Shown here: positions 23,751 to 37,800 of the stretch, piece after piece
Position numbering within the stretch: the first letter of the stretch is position 1
How the letters are laid out: each line of letters opens with the position of its first letter
Origin: Pelomyxa schiedti
Taxonomy: Eukaryota; Protista; Evosea
Reading direction: 5' to 3'
Assembly (NCBI GenBank): GCA_020536535.1
Contig: JAHLWZ010000883.1
Span: 1-60,879, forward strand
Length of the DNA stretch: 60,879 nt
The notes under the pieces: generated by a model
Seen by the model: the letters and a program-made list of their open reading frames with translations, nothing else
What the model was told of the DNA's origin: nothing
Databases searched by the model: none
Program-made: the position numbers and the translations under genes

Positions 23751-26700
23751 ATGGAAGAGCTGAGCCCCCTGTATGACCACGAGCTGTCTGATGTGGTGAC
23801 TTTCGTACTCGACAAAGTGCTGGGAGGAGAGTCTGGGGGTTCTGCAGGGGCGCCGCCGCCGTCTGCTTCTTCCGATGAAAGCATAGACGGAACTTGGTTG
23901 GAAAATGTATTGTGGGAGCACGAGAGGGCGTGCAATGTGGTGGACACCGAGTTGTGCAAAAAGGTTGAGGAAAACTACTCTGAATTTGGTGTGGCTCATT
24001 TCATTTTATCACATAACTTTGTACTTACCACAGTGCCCACAATACAAAATAAAATCAAATACAAATAGTGGAAGGCATGCAACGTATTCACGAGGTTGGA
24101 ATAAATCTCCAGCAGTCAGGGATAATGTGTCAAGTGGGACAGAGGTCCCTAACAAGAGCAAAGAATGATCTAGCTTGCTCATGCATCAAGTTGACTGCTT
24201 TATATAGGAGAAAATTGCGCTACACTGTGTGTGATGTAATTACTGCCCTTGTATCTCTCAGATATCACCTCAGGCCATGATGACAAGACTTCAATCAATT
24301 TCAGCCACAGTTAAGAAAATGCAAGAATTAGAAATTGTCATGAGGTAGAAAACCATCAGATTTCTTGTTCTCACTGTATGCAGGGAGGGAGACAACCCCA
24401 GAGCAATCATGTTGTGCTCTGAACTTCAGGCCATCACTGGTGGAGAATTAGTTCCACCAATACCAGAACTTAGAGGCATCAAATGTGTGAGTCTCATGGC
24501 TAAGACTCTTGAGCACAAGAACACACTACTACAAGTTACCTTCTTTGATACAGGATGGATGTCTGGTTAAACTTGCACAGGAAAGACTTGATGCCTCCCT
24601 GTACAAATCATGCAAAGCATTTTCTCCAGAAACCTACGAAACAGTCCTCAAAGCGTAAATTTTAGATCACAAGAAATGTGTCACTTTTCTAAATAGTGCT
24701 TTGTAGCTACCAAACCCTACGGAATATGTACCAAGTACTTGAAAAAGTCCAGCGATGCTTTATGGATTCAGTTGATGAGCAAATGAAACATGTCATGCTG
24801 ACTTTTATACTCTCTGATGCCTCAAAGGATCCTGAATCCCTCAAGAGGTACCTTTGTCTGTGATTGCACCTATTGATGTAGAATTGTATTACAACAGGGC
24901 AGATATTCCTCACCTACAAGGACTTGTCAAACTATATGATTTTGCCAATTGTTTGATAACAATTTTGGAAACTGAAGCTGAAGTGATGTGGAACTATTAC
25001 TCAATGAAAAAATGGCATGAAGACTACCTGAAACTGGTGTAAGTGCTTCTCATTCGGCAACTGGATTGCTAATAGGATTTTATTCTTAAGAAATGAAGAG
25101 CAAGACAAAAATATGCAAGAGTTACTTGATGGCCTTGAGAGGCATAGAAAGAGACTGTGGGATAAAATGCAGAAGAGAGTTGCAGAAATGCTAGATTCTG
25201 TTCCCTTGAGTCGGTTTCAGGTAACAACTTTATCATTTTGATTTTGTTTTGGAAATTCTCTAGGTTGACGATGTTTGCAGAATGCTGGAAGCTGTCCAAA
25301 AGGCAACTTTCCTTTAAAAAGATTTTACACTTATACAAGTCCAGTTCGCTGAAATAGGAATGGAATTTAGCCAGACTTCAACCAGCTCGCTTGTGCAAAC
25401 ACTAAAGAGGCAAGGTAAAATGTACTTCGAGGCTTACCACAAATCAAGCTTAGAGGTAAGCTTCGCCAGTTGAGTAGTAATTTAACTGTCCATATTTTAG
25501 GATATCAAAGCAATGATTGGGAACGAGTCCTGGTCTAGAACACCAGTACAGATATCCGTTTTTGGTTTGTTCTATGAGTGGATGGGGTTCTGAAGTTGAC
25601 AGCACCTAGACATTCCAAATATTAAGCCGTTTGTCAATTCTGGTGGGAATTCCCAGTCCGATACCTCAACACATACTGTTCGCACTGATCAGAGTGTCTT
25701 TGTCTCCTGGAAAGCGAACGGCAACCCTATCAAGATGTTCTCCCAAGAGATGGCACAACAAGGCAAGTTTTTGTGCTTAATTTGTTTCTTCATAGTTTTT
25801 AATGTAATGATTGATTTGTGTTGGCTTAGACCAAGAGGACGAAGCTGAGCATGATGACACCGAAGAAAAGGAAAATCCAGAGCTTAAGAAGGATTGGATA
25901 GAAGAAGATGATGCCATTGAGCAAGAACAACGTACCATCTGCGTTTATTAAATCAAATTTCAACACAGATATTTGCAGACACAAAAAAGGTGGATACTAG
26001 TAACAATGTATCTGAGCAGATCATTGCAACAGTCACTATCAACATAGCACGTACTATTGGCAAGTATTTACATATGCTCCGTGTTTTGGAATCCATAAAT
26101 CTGGATGTATTTGGAGGAATCACACAAATATTCGACTTTTACGTGAGGTTTTTCTGATACCAGCTTGTATTAAAAGAACTCTAGGTGCACAGTATTTACT
26201 CATTTTTTGGAGGAGTACCAGGTCAAGCACAAGACACGGCATCAACAGTGTCTGCAGGTAAATACTCCCTCTTCTTTGTACTTGCCCTAACCAGAAAATG
26301 TCTAGGCAAGTCCCTCCTTGGGTTGTTGACCAACTTCCAAATCGTCAAATCAACACAGCAACCCACTCCTGCAACAGAGTCTATTCCAAAAGCTTCAGGT
26401 AGTGTGCATAGACCACAGACAAGCAAATGATTGAAGCTAATTATTTCCTCAGAGTTTTTGGGACTATCAAAACTTTCTTCCATGATTGATATACACAATC
26501 CTAATACCTTATACTCTCTGGCCCATAGAATAGTCGGAATTGACTCGCTCCTTTTCCTCAAGCACGTTTTGATAACTGTCAAGCCTGCGTTGCTTGTACC
26601 TCTTATCATTTCTTTCTTCTCGTCTGAATATATGCACAGTGTGTGTTTAAGGGAAACCCTGGACCAGTGAACAAATTTTATAGCGATTCTGTTGATGTTA

Positions 26701-28243
26701 TTGATACCCTTCGCTCAGTCATGTACAGAAATGTTTCTACTGCCTTACTGAATGTGTGTTGCCCGCAGCTCTTTTAAATCGCCCTAACAACTTTCAGTTG
26801 GATAACCTTCCTGCAATGATTTTCCGTACACGGTGGGAGGGATCAGACTCTGAGCATGCCTATGTTAGTGAGTTCTTTCTTTTTTTCTTTACTTATTGGT
26901 GATTAATCTCCCTGTGAATGACTTCAATCAGACGTTGTGCAAAAAGAGGTGACACAGTTTTCACACAAATTTGAAGGAATTTGTGCCGAAGTCAAGGTTC
27001 CACAGCCCACTAGTCGCCTTATTTGGGAGCATGTGTGCTTACATCTCATGGATTTGCTTCTTGATGGGTTCTCACGTGTAACAAAGGTGAATTCGACTTT
27101 CTGTAACATGTTGCTTAGTTTTTGTACTCAACGAAACATAGTGCCCCTTTGAGTCCAGAGCAATAATGTCCCTCGATTTGCAGAGCATAGTAGGTACCCT
27201 CGAGACCCTGTCACATATCAAGTTCTTTCCCCGTACAATAACCTCTGTATAACAAAAAATTTATCCAAGGCCGCCACCAGGCGCTAAAATTGTAAATGAT
27301 TATATAAAGGCATTTTATCTGGCAGAAAATGAGTTTGTGCCTTGGTGCAACAGTCACACTGTGTGCATATTATCTATTCAGCACTGTCCTTATTAACGAA
27401 TAGGAGTTCACTCAACGACAACTAGTCAATCTTTTCCAGTGCAGTGCCAGTTATCAGACTAAAAGCAGGCAGCACAAAGATGTACAGGTTGTGATCGAAG
27501 GTATTTGCAAAGGACGAGTACAGCGTCCTTTGTGGTACGTTTTGCAAGCACAACAGCATTCAAATACAGCCGACCTGCGGCTCCTTGATTTGATGCAACC
27601 AACTATTAATACCAGTACTACCACACCAACAAACACCCCGGCTTCTGCTTCCTCTTCTACGCTCCGACTCCCTTCAGCTCCTGTTGGTGTCCGAAGAAAC
27701 AGTTTTGATGAGACCGCTGCAAATGAAAATCCAGCTGAGGAAGAAAACGAACTGCCATTCTCCCAAACTGTTCATGCCGCGCTTGCTGCCGGAGAGCCAC
27801 TGAACTCTCCAAACCCAGGTCATGACGCAACACCAACGGCCACCACATCCGGGTCTGCATCAACAACCCCAAACACAACTGCCATCACTCCAGCTTCAAC
27901 AACAACACCCACATCAACAGAAACACCATCCACCAGCACACCCACACCCACAGCACTACCCACACCGGCCACAACAACACCCACACCAACCGCCACAGCA
28001 CCAGCTTCCGTACCACCACCCACACCATCCAGAACATTGACGGGTCTATCCAGACTGACAGCAATTGCAACCGCACTGCCCAGTGTCACCACCTCTGGCA
28101 CACAGCCACCCAGGACATCAACAAACCCAACAGCACCCCCAACACCAAGCCACGCCGCTTCATCACTCTTTTCTACTCTGGGATTCGGCATTGGCAGAAA
28201 CACAACAACACCTGCTTCTCCGGCTAGAAGGTCACACACATAA
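23751..28243 (+). CDS. VPS50: Syndetin / VPS50 (EARP subunit) with a Thr/Pro-rich tail
   Basis: N-terminal ENYSEF/VEGMQRIHE; C-terminal LLDGFSRVTK/C..ESRAIMSLDLQ and VNDYIKAFYL..EF..W...H/EFTQRQLVNL. Confidence 0.8.
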
Positions 28244-28334
28244 ATCATAAACATCCCTTTAGCCTCATTTGTTTGAAAAGATGACACATATGATAAAAAT
28301 GCAACAGACAAATATTTTTTTTTCTTTTGCCATT

Positions 28335-31300
28335 CTAAGGTGTTTTTTGTGTGGAGTCCAACTCCAGACTATTTCCAGCTGGGGTCCAGATGTTCCCCCA
28401 TTCATCCTTGGTCTCTGGTGCCATTGGAGAGGGCCACCAGTTGAATTTCCTTGTGGTGTAAATAGAATGAAGAAATACAGAAGCAATACCGGCTGAAGTA
28501 CAACAGCACAGGAACAATCAGGCCTCTTATTATAAAAGTATCTAGAAGTACAGCGAGGCACAAGAAAAATCCCAGTTGCTGCAGAATGAATAGGTTTGCT
28601 CTTGGCTATTCATGAGTATTAAATACCTGCAAAGCTGTTTGCCGCGAAACTAGAAGGCCACTGAATGCAACTGCCATAATAAAACCGGCACCAGTTATAA
28701 CACTTCCCTAAGAAAGTGGTGAATGGTGAAGTAGTTGAGGCATTACAACGCACAGTGAAGTAATAGCCATTTCTTATGGAGGCAGTGACAGTGAAACCCA
28801 TTTTTCGGAATTCAGTTACTCTACTGAATAGAAATACATCATAGTCAACTCCCAAACCTAGTGATTGTAAACAGATAGTCTTGTTCTAAAAGGGTAAGAA
28901 CCAACAATCACAGAGAACACTATTAAGGGTGGAAACCAGTGCAGACCCTTATCTAATATGTAGCCATAGACAAGTGTGGCAAAACCATAAACCCAACCCA
29001 CTGTAAGTCCAAGTGTGAAGACCATCCTAATTGGAAGGAAAACACTTTGGAACGCCAAAGCTGCAAGAAGAATCTGTCGTTGTACATTAGAGTGGAAAAG
29101 GTGGCGAAATTACATACTACAACAGCGCATGTTACGCCCACCATAATGGGGAAGTTCTCAAATACAGCACTCGCAGCGTCATACTGAGCAACCAGAACAT
29201 TGTCAAAATACCATTCATATGGATGGGAAGTGTTTCCGTTATATTTCGGGCCTTCCAAAATGTCCCTAATATCACTTATCCACCTGTCCGTCTCAGGTCC
29301 ATTGGGATTAAAGCTGACCATCACATTGATCAAGGAGGATGTGGGAGTATTATAATCATTTATCAAAGTGCCGAATATGTATTTGTAGGCGTCAGCATAC
29401 TCCCCAGTGGTGGATGGATCGAGAAGGTACTGTGATGTAACGTAGTCAATGGGAATCCCTGATAAGAACGCAATCCCCTGAATGCCAGTAGGTAGAACCC
29501 GGTACGAAGTAGAGACGTTGAGGATGTCAGAGATGAGCTGTTGAGATAGGGAAAAGAATTCCGGGGTGTTTATATTTGCTGACGAATTCTCTTTCTGCTC
29601 TGGGAATATGTGGAATGGGTACAACATTCCGGGAGGGAAGTCCTCTTCCATATCATGCACAGTCTTCATAGATGGAAGGGAGTCTGAAAAAACAAGTGTG
29701 CCGTCGGTGGTATAGCTAAATTGCGTAGAAAGCGCAATAAATGGAATTAAGAAAACGATGCTGATCACTAATATCGGGATAGCACTTTTTGGAGTAGTGA
29801 GGAGGATGCTGAGCTTAAACCAAATAGATCTTTGCTGTTCTGCAGCCTTACTCTCGTTAATGAATGTATTTCATCAGCAGGCTTTATACCTTTTCCTCTG
29901 GAGACAGCATTTTTGGCCTGGCCCGGCAGGATTCTTTACATGGAAGAAGCCCATTGATTGAGAAGAACTTTGGGAATGCAAGCAACAGTGCCGGTGTCAA
30001 ATTAAGATTGATAGAGATTGCAAAAGTGAGGCAAACAGCGGCAGCCAAGCTGAGGCTAGTCAGTATTTCCAAGCCCAACAATAACTAAGAAATCATTAGA
30101 GACCGAAGAAAACCGGCATCATACAATGCCAAGAAATGTGAGAGTTAATGTCGTCCCACTGATGAAAACAACTTTTCCTGCAGTATCCAGCATAACTTTC
30201 ACAGCTAAATTTCTCATCTCAGGTGAATCTTCACTACATAGGGTTCGCCTGAAAAATATTTATTTACCTAGAGTACCTATTTAAGATCTCCTCCCGATAA
30301 CGCCGCAGCAAAAATAAAGAGTAATCTTTTTAGACAGAAAAACCAATGAGTGGAATAAATATTACTAGAGGATGTTACCAATTGACATGGCAACAATAAG
30401 GGCCATCCTTGAATTGAACAGTAAGTTTGGTGTTGTGTTAGATGTCCAAACTACATAATGGCTGGAACATAGCCGGCCACGTCAATCTGTTTCGCAATTG
30501 CATAGACTACAGCAAATGAAAGAGACATGGTAATGGCCAAATTCACCAACGGAAGTATAATTAGCACAATGGATCTGAGCATAAGTAGGAGTACCTGAAA
30601 GGAGTCAGCCAATTTCTTCATTGGGGGTAATGGAAGGCACCAACCACAAGTGCAATTGAAATCGAGATACAGTCAGAAATTATAATTTCTTTCTCAGCCT
30701 GCTCGAGGAAGTCTGCCATTAGTACGTTTTGTCCCGTTCTTTGTATAGTGATATTGACATCTATGAAATGGTCAATGTCTCCTTTTTTTCTAGAGAGTGA
30801 CCTTTGGGGTACTCGTCCAGGAAAGACAGTATCCAGTCTATAAAATCATTTCCCTCGCTAGTTTGCTCCGAAGGAGTCACGATAGAAATTATGGTGGAGT
30901 GTTGGTCGGTTGAAACAAGACCATCTTTGGGTCATAAATTGTACATTCATCGCAACAGGAAGGAGGAACTACCACCAATAATTCCTAAGCCCATGTCATA
31001 GAAAGTGTAATAAGATTGATAGTCCTACAAAGAACGGTGTAGGGTGAGGCTGATAATTAAGGCACAGGATACACGTGGATAATTTGGGTTCTCGAAGGCA
31101 TAGACGCGATCATACAAAGAATATGTAAAGTTCTGAGTGTAGTTGCAGATTATTGTGCCTGGGCCAGCATCGATTTTGGTCATGTAAACAAGAATGACTG
31201 TCATTCCTGCGAACTCTGGAAACAATTCATTGTATTTCTGATAAGCTGTATAGCCCTTTTTGTCCAAAAGAAGAGTTAGAAATCCAGCGTTAGAAATCCA

Positions 31301-31742
31301 GCAGTAAAGCAGCTTTTTGAATGTATTCCCTTCTCAAAACAAACTCTAAAAGGGACTTTGGGTTACCAATGTCCCCTTGGGTGCCTTGAAGTCCAGTTTC
31401 GTAGCACTTAGCAGCTTTGGTGCCCAGACAATGGAAACAGCCAGACCAACAACCCACAGTACAATAATAATATATCTGCATTTCATCAACACCTTGAAGT
31501 ACACATCACTGAGCCTCTGCACCAACTTTGATCCACAAGTACTCCCAGAGCTAGCTCCAAGTCATTAAAAAAAAACAGTAAAAAAAAACTCGCACTACAA
31601 AGTTGGAACACAGCTGGAGAATGAGAAAAAGTGTTAACTGACAGCCCAAACCCACATTTCTTACACATTTTGATTTTTATCGCACTTACCTTGTTTGTTG
31701 GGACTTGGTCAACAACGGCTCTGTTGAAGTAGGCGTGGACAT
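28335..31742 (-). CDS. MMPL/RND-family membrane transporter, multi-exon
   Basis: YSLFLLRRYREE, AGKVVFISG, AFQSVFLPIRMV, GVDYDVFLFSRVTEFR, LDTFIIRGLIVP and NWWP: two MMPL-type repeats. Inferred first exon MSTPTSTEPLL. Confidence 0.8.
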
Positions 31743-31874
31743 TTCGTACACAGCCGAAATCGCGAAAAGCTCTTGAATTTATTCTGTTTCCAGTCTTTCA
31801 TGTTTTTTCGTTTTGTTTTTTTTTGTTGAGAAAGAGCCGTCTTTACAAAGGTGTTTGTTTGGTGGTGGTACTCT

Positions 31875-34800
31875 TTAGGAGTCGTCTGAATCGTCGTCGG
31901 AATCAGCCTTGTCCTTTCCTTTGTCCTCAGGTGATGATTTGTTGTTTGTGGGTGTTGTTGCTGTTGGGGTGTCCACGGCTTCGGCGTCTGCTTCTGCTTC
32001 TTCTTGTTGTCTGGCAATGGACACAAAAATCTGCTCCAGAGTGGGTTGGCAGACACTGTATTCGAGTATCTGCAGCTTGACTTTGGCGCTTTCAATGCCG
32101 GCGAATACCGTGGAGAGGGACCCTCCTTGGTTTGGAATAATATACTTGAGTCTCTCGACGTGCTTCTCGGCAATCTCTGCCCCTTTGAAGGTAGTCTGCA
32201 CCCATTGTTCAACATCCTCAACCCTGTTATAGGTTGGGTTTTTTGGCAAATTATTGCTCTAGTGTGCAAGTACCTCTCCTCGGTTGTCTTAATTTCTACA
32301 AAAAGAGAGTTGCCAAAGCGGGTCTTTAGGTGTTGTATTGATCCGAGGCATCTATCGCTTTTTATGAAGGCAAGGGTGGACAAAATCCATACCTAAAAGA
32401 GCCCCCGACAAGAATTCCAACGCGAGTACACAAGGCCTCAGTTTCTTCCATGCTATGGCTGGTAATTACGATACTCTTAGTTAATGCCGCTTTCCTATTT
32501 CATTTAGTTCGGCGAATACAAGTGAGGAAAAAGTACTGAATTACAGTCCACATTGACCGCCGGGCTACTGGATCCATACCGGAAGATGGTTCATCTGAAT
32601 ATTTCAGTTTGAATATAAACACTTGTAAGCTCACCAAGGAAAACGACTCGTGGGGCTCCAATTAAGGCTATGGCGAGAGACAGCTTTCTCTTATTTCCTC
32701 CACTGTAAGCCTCGGCGACTTTGTCAGCGTAGTGTGAAAGGCCAGTGAAGTCAATAAGTTGTTGGACTGCTGCCTCAATCAGTGTAATGGGTATTCCTTT
32801 CAAACGGCCAAAAAGTCGCAGATGTTCACGACCAGTCATCTTATCCAAAAGAGGGTCAAACTGCGGGCAGTACCCGACCTCTGATTGCATGACATTGAAG
32901 TCAGTAACAACACTATAGCCAGAAATCCTGATCGAGGTTACAAACGCTTAAGTATTTTTGGCTAAGAGCCAAAGGAATTACCAAGCATCCCCTGATGTTG
33001 GAGTCAGATCATGAGTCAGCATACTTAGTGTCTACAAAGGTGAGAAAAAGAAAGCAAATATATTTTCCAGTACCGTTGTTTTTCCAGCTCCATTTGTGCC
33101 CAGGAACCCAAAACATTCTCCACGCGGTATTCCGAGTGTGATATTATTCACGGCCACCTTGGCATTCGAGCCAAAGCCAAATACCTTCCGCAAATTGTAT
33201 ATTGTGATGGCATCCAAATTTGACGAGCCTGGTTTGTGTGCTGTGGGAAGTGAGCTATCAGCTTTTAGAGGTGCGGATTCAGAAGTGGGATGCTTGGTAG
33301 AAAATGCACCAGAAAGCATGTCGGTAACACGCTTCCTTTCCTTAACTACATCTTCATCTTCCCCGGAGTGGAGGCCCAGTGCCGAAAGTGCAGTATTGGA
33401 TGTGTGGCTCATTTCAACGCCAGTGGTATCTCTGCCACTTTTCGAGCAGGATCTACAGCAGTATTTCATCTTCCGATACACACTTACAATAATCCACTTG
33501 AAGAACCCATTGTCAATACACAGAGTAACAACAAAATAAAATAGTCCTTCCACAAGCAATAAGGTGAGAGATCGGCCTGCAATATCCCAATCAAAAGCAT
33601 TTCTTGTCACCCCAAGAACTTGATCCATTGACTAGAAGACCACTCTTAAAGCATTTACTTTTCAGGGGAAACTTACAGGAGCGGAACTGAGGTTAATAAG
33701 ACCCTCTCCAAAGAGGTACGGTGGGAATATTCTGTATAGGTGTTTAAGATCCGGGTTTATATCCATAGTCTTCGGCAGTGCTGGGAAATTTCAGTAAAGA
33801 TAAGTGTAATCAAGTTGTAATGATTACTGTCTAAGATCACAGAAGCAAGAACTAAGCCAAATCCAAAAATAAAAGTAATGCCAGCTATCCCAAGCTGCGC
33901 ACCCATAGCACTAGTGAACAAAAAGGAAAGTGTATACGAGACACATAAAGCTGTTTATTGGTTTTAAAAATGAGAATTGTTGGAGAAGTGAAATCAAACA
34001 TGTAACGCCATAAAAGAAAATAAGTAACGCAGTGGCAAAGAATCTGTCTACTGTTCCCACAAAAGAGTCATTTCGATAGATACCAAACACTACCATGACC
34101 TGATGAACAGTAAGAAACTGGCAACAGGTTGAAGTCAAACCAAACAGGTCACTATGAAAAAGCAAATCGTATCCCACGCAATGTTGGCAACCCAAAAACT
34201 GGTTTTGTTAATATTGGGTAGGAATGAGTGAAAACTCAGTTTACCTGTATATATTTACACCACAGGTCATTTGCAAGTGTTTCGCTTTCACAGCCCGTTC
34301 TTTGACAATGAAAATGACAAAATTGGCTGCCACAAAGCTAAAGGGGACAAGCATGAACAAGGCAGCAAGAGCCGATAGAAGAGTTGCAATATCTTGCTCT
34401 TCTTGGCCTGAGAGGGGAAGAGGCTGACTTGACACAATCATTCTGACAACATCCTTAGATAAGCCACTAGCAATTGCCAAAGCTGACTGACACAGCTCGT
34501 TTAAAAACACTGGAATTGCATGTGCCGAGGTGACGTTGTGCAAAAGAGTAGCTGCCACCGGACCAGGTGCCGCTGGACTGTAAAGAAAATCTCCAAATGC
34601 AAAGGCTCCAAAGCGATTCATTGGGTGTGAGGAAGCATTAAGCAACCATTCACTGAGTTCTAGGGAGTCGGTTACTGGTACAGCTGTAGAGGTGAGATTG
34701 GTGGTTTCGAAGAAGGGCATGAATGTCGGTGCGCTAGGGGAATACTGAGCGTAGGTCATCTCGGATTTATCGGGATTGTTACGGTGGAGTTCCATATCTT

Positions 34801-37800
34801 CGTGATGTTTGCCAAAGAGAAAGGTGAGAGAGACATACCAAATATTGCTGGTGTAAGGTACAGTTTGGGGCCTTTTGAGGGTGAACGTGGGATTAAAGAA
34901 ATAAAAAATAACCTGCTGGGTCAATTTTAATCTTTAACATAAGAAGAACTAAGGCTACAGTTATGACAGGAACAAGTAACTGTTAAACGTGAGAAAACAA
35001 AAGGAAATATAAAAAATATAAAATTATGTAGTTAACACACTTGAAAAAGGATTCCTTTGGTGTCCCTTCTTGAGGTGATAAATCTCTTTTTCATCATTTC
35101 TTTGAATTGAACCCAGGGATTTGCTGCTTTGTACGGCTTATCCCACTCCATGACATCAGGTTCTTCATCATCAAAAGTGTCGTTGGATTTAGGTGACTCA
35201 GGAACTAGCTTGTCTAAACCGACGTAAGAGAATTACAAGAATAAGAGTTTCGGGAAGGAAAGCATTCTTTTATGAAAGCGAAAACCTGGAAAGCAGCAAC
35301 AAAAAGGTTTTCCAGACTGTTCATCTTGCTCTTCAAGACGTTTTTCGTTTTCTTCCGCAAGTTTCAAAAAGACCTTTTTTTTTGGTAAAGGAGGTGCCAA
35401 TAAAGGGTTCCAACCTGCTCCAGTGTCGTCATTGTCACACCATAGCTTTCCAATCCAATTCCTTTTCGCAGTTTTAGTCAGGAAAAAAAATCATTTTGTT
35501 CACAACTTTCTTCTTTGGAATCCAGTATTTTGAAAAGTTGTGCAAATGAACCCACTGCGGCAAGTGGCAGACAAAATGTAATTTCCCGCTTATTTGAAGC
35601 TGTGAGCCTGGAGTCGGGGATAACAGAGGAGACGACATTGCTGATTGCGCTATCTTCAGCATTTTCCTCTTTGGCGATTGTGAGAGTGTAACCCAGTCCA
35701 TACCGAGTCTTAAGGCAATTGAGATTGAATGTTATCAACCGAGGAAAAACCTTGAGAAACAGAGAACTCCCAACACATTGTAACTGACCAGCAGACATTA
35801 CAGCAATCCTATCTCCAAGAAGCTTTGGGGAAAAAAGTGAGTTTCTCAAGGACAAAAAAGTGGTCAGTCCTACATCTGCTTCATCCATATAGTGTGTTGT
35901 GAGTAAAATGACCCTCTCTTTTTTACATTGCCGAAGCAAATCCCAAGTAGCTCTTCTTGAGTAAGGATCCTGCCGGGTTATTGGTCAAAAAGGAAAAGAT
36001 GTAAAATGACAACCATTCCACTGGTTGGCTCATCAAGAACAACAACTTTTGATCCTCCCATCAATGCCATCCCCATGCACAACTTGCGTTTCATTCCTTT
36101 CAAGTTTAATCTTCCACTTTTTTGTAGAAAAAAATTACCTCCTGAAAGATGTCCGGCTTTGGAATGTTGTTTTCCTTTCAGCCCCACAAGCCTGACCATT
36201 GCCATAGCGGCAGAGTCTACTGAAAAGAAAGGGACTCCTTTCATAATTCCAACCAAAACCAGATGCTCCTTCACAGTCAACTGAGGGAAAATAACATTCC
36301 TTTGCGGACAGACACCAAGAGAGCGTCGTATTCTACCCATGTCCGTTGTTACAGAATTATTGCCAATATAGCAGTCACCAGATGTCGCTTGTAGGAGGCC
36401 CGTCAGCATAGAAATAGTTGTACTCTTTCCTGTTATGGTATAACTCTTTGTCATTGAGATTACTACAATGGAAAGTAGTACCAGCTCCATTGTGGCCAAG
36501 AAGGCAAGTGATTTGATCACTATACATTGTGAGGTACAAGTTGTTCACAGCAAGTTTGCCATCAGAATATCTTTTTGTAAGATTTCGTATTCTGACAACA
36601 GCTTTCTTTGCAGAGGTAGAGTCAACTACTTCAACAGAGTCTCCAGATTCAACTTCATCATGTTCAAAACTCAAATCCCAACGATGTCCACGCCAGTATT
36701 CTGAAGAGTTTGAGAGGAATTGAAGTTACACATTCAAACCTGGAGTGCATAAAAAGTAGGGTGGTTTGTGAATGCCATATTGGCTTGGTAGAACATGTTC
36801 CAGGTACCATGCAATGAGACTGTACAGGGTGATATCAATTGCCAGTATTACAATACTAACAACGAATGGGTAGGGCCCATCCCACATGTTATATCGGTTG
36901 ATTCCCTGTTGGGCATATTCATAATTGGCAACTTTTTTTTTCCCTAAGTAATGAGGATGAAGAGCAAAAGACATACGAGAATCGCATCCAAAGGCAAACG
37001 CTGAAGGAGATAATAGACTTGTAAACAATTTTGCCGGAATCAACTGATCCTCAGAGGAGCTCATAAACAAATACCTTGGAATGACAGCAGCAAATAAAGC
37101 AAGGGGGCACACAACCCCTGCAAGTTTGGCACGGCTAAATATCGTGGACATCATCACACTAATTGCAAGAAGTCAAACAAAAGAATTGTGGAGAGAAATG
37201 TACAACCTAAAAGCCAAAATGGAAAGCAGGAACAGGAAGTTGAATATGAACATTAGTATACCGCTTGTATTTGGGAAGAAAGTGAGACACTCAAGAATAG
37301 TTTCAGCCAGTGCAGTAAGGCCAAATACAATAATGTAAGTCTTATTGATATTTAGTGGAAATAGACAAACAAAAGTGTGCACACCAAGCACCAAGAAAGA
37401 GAGTTTACCCATCTGGGCAATGGAAAGTGAGTAGTCGTTTTTTAGAATAAGAGGAAAGGAAAACCGTACAAGGGCATTCCCATCATTCTTAAGGTTTCTG
37501 GGAGGATAAGTAAAAGTTGAAAACAAATGCAAGAAACCTTTAATGCAATTCTCTTTTTCTTCTACAATTTCCTTGACCAGTCTCGATGCAGGGTACAAAG
37601 TGGTCAGCACCATTACCATGCCTTGTGGGAAGTAAATTCATTTTTGTTGGTTTTGGAAACAAGATAACCTAGAAAAGGCCCAATGAACAGATAGAAAATA
37701 TTGTCAGTGTAACTAAATATGAAGGTTACAAAAAAATGAAGGTTACAAATTTAATTCCAGCACACAAAGTACCTTTTGATTGGAAAAGGAGAATAGAAGA

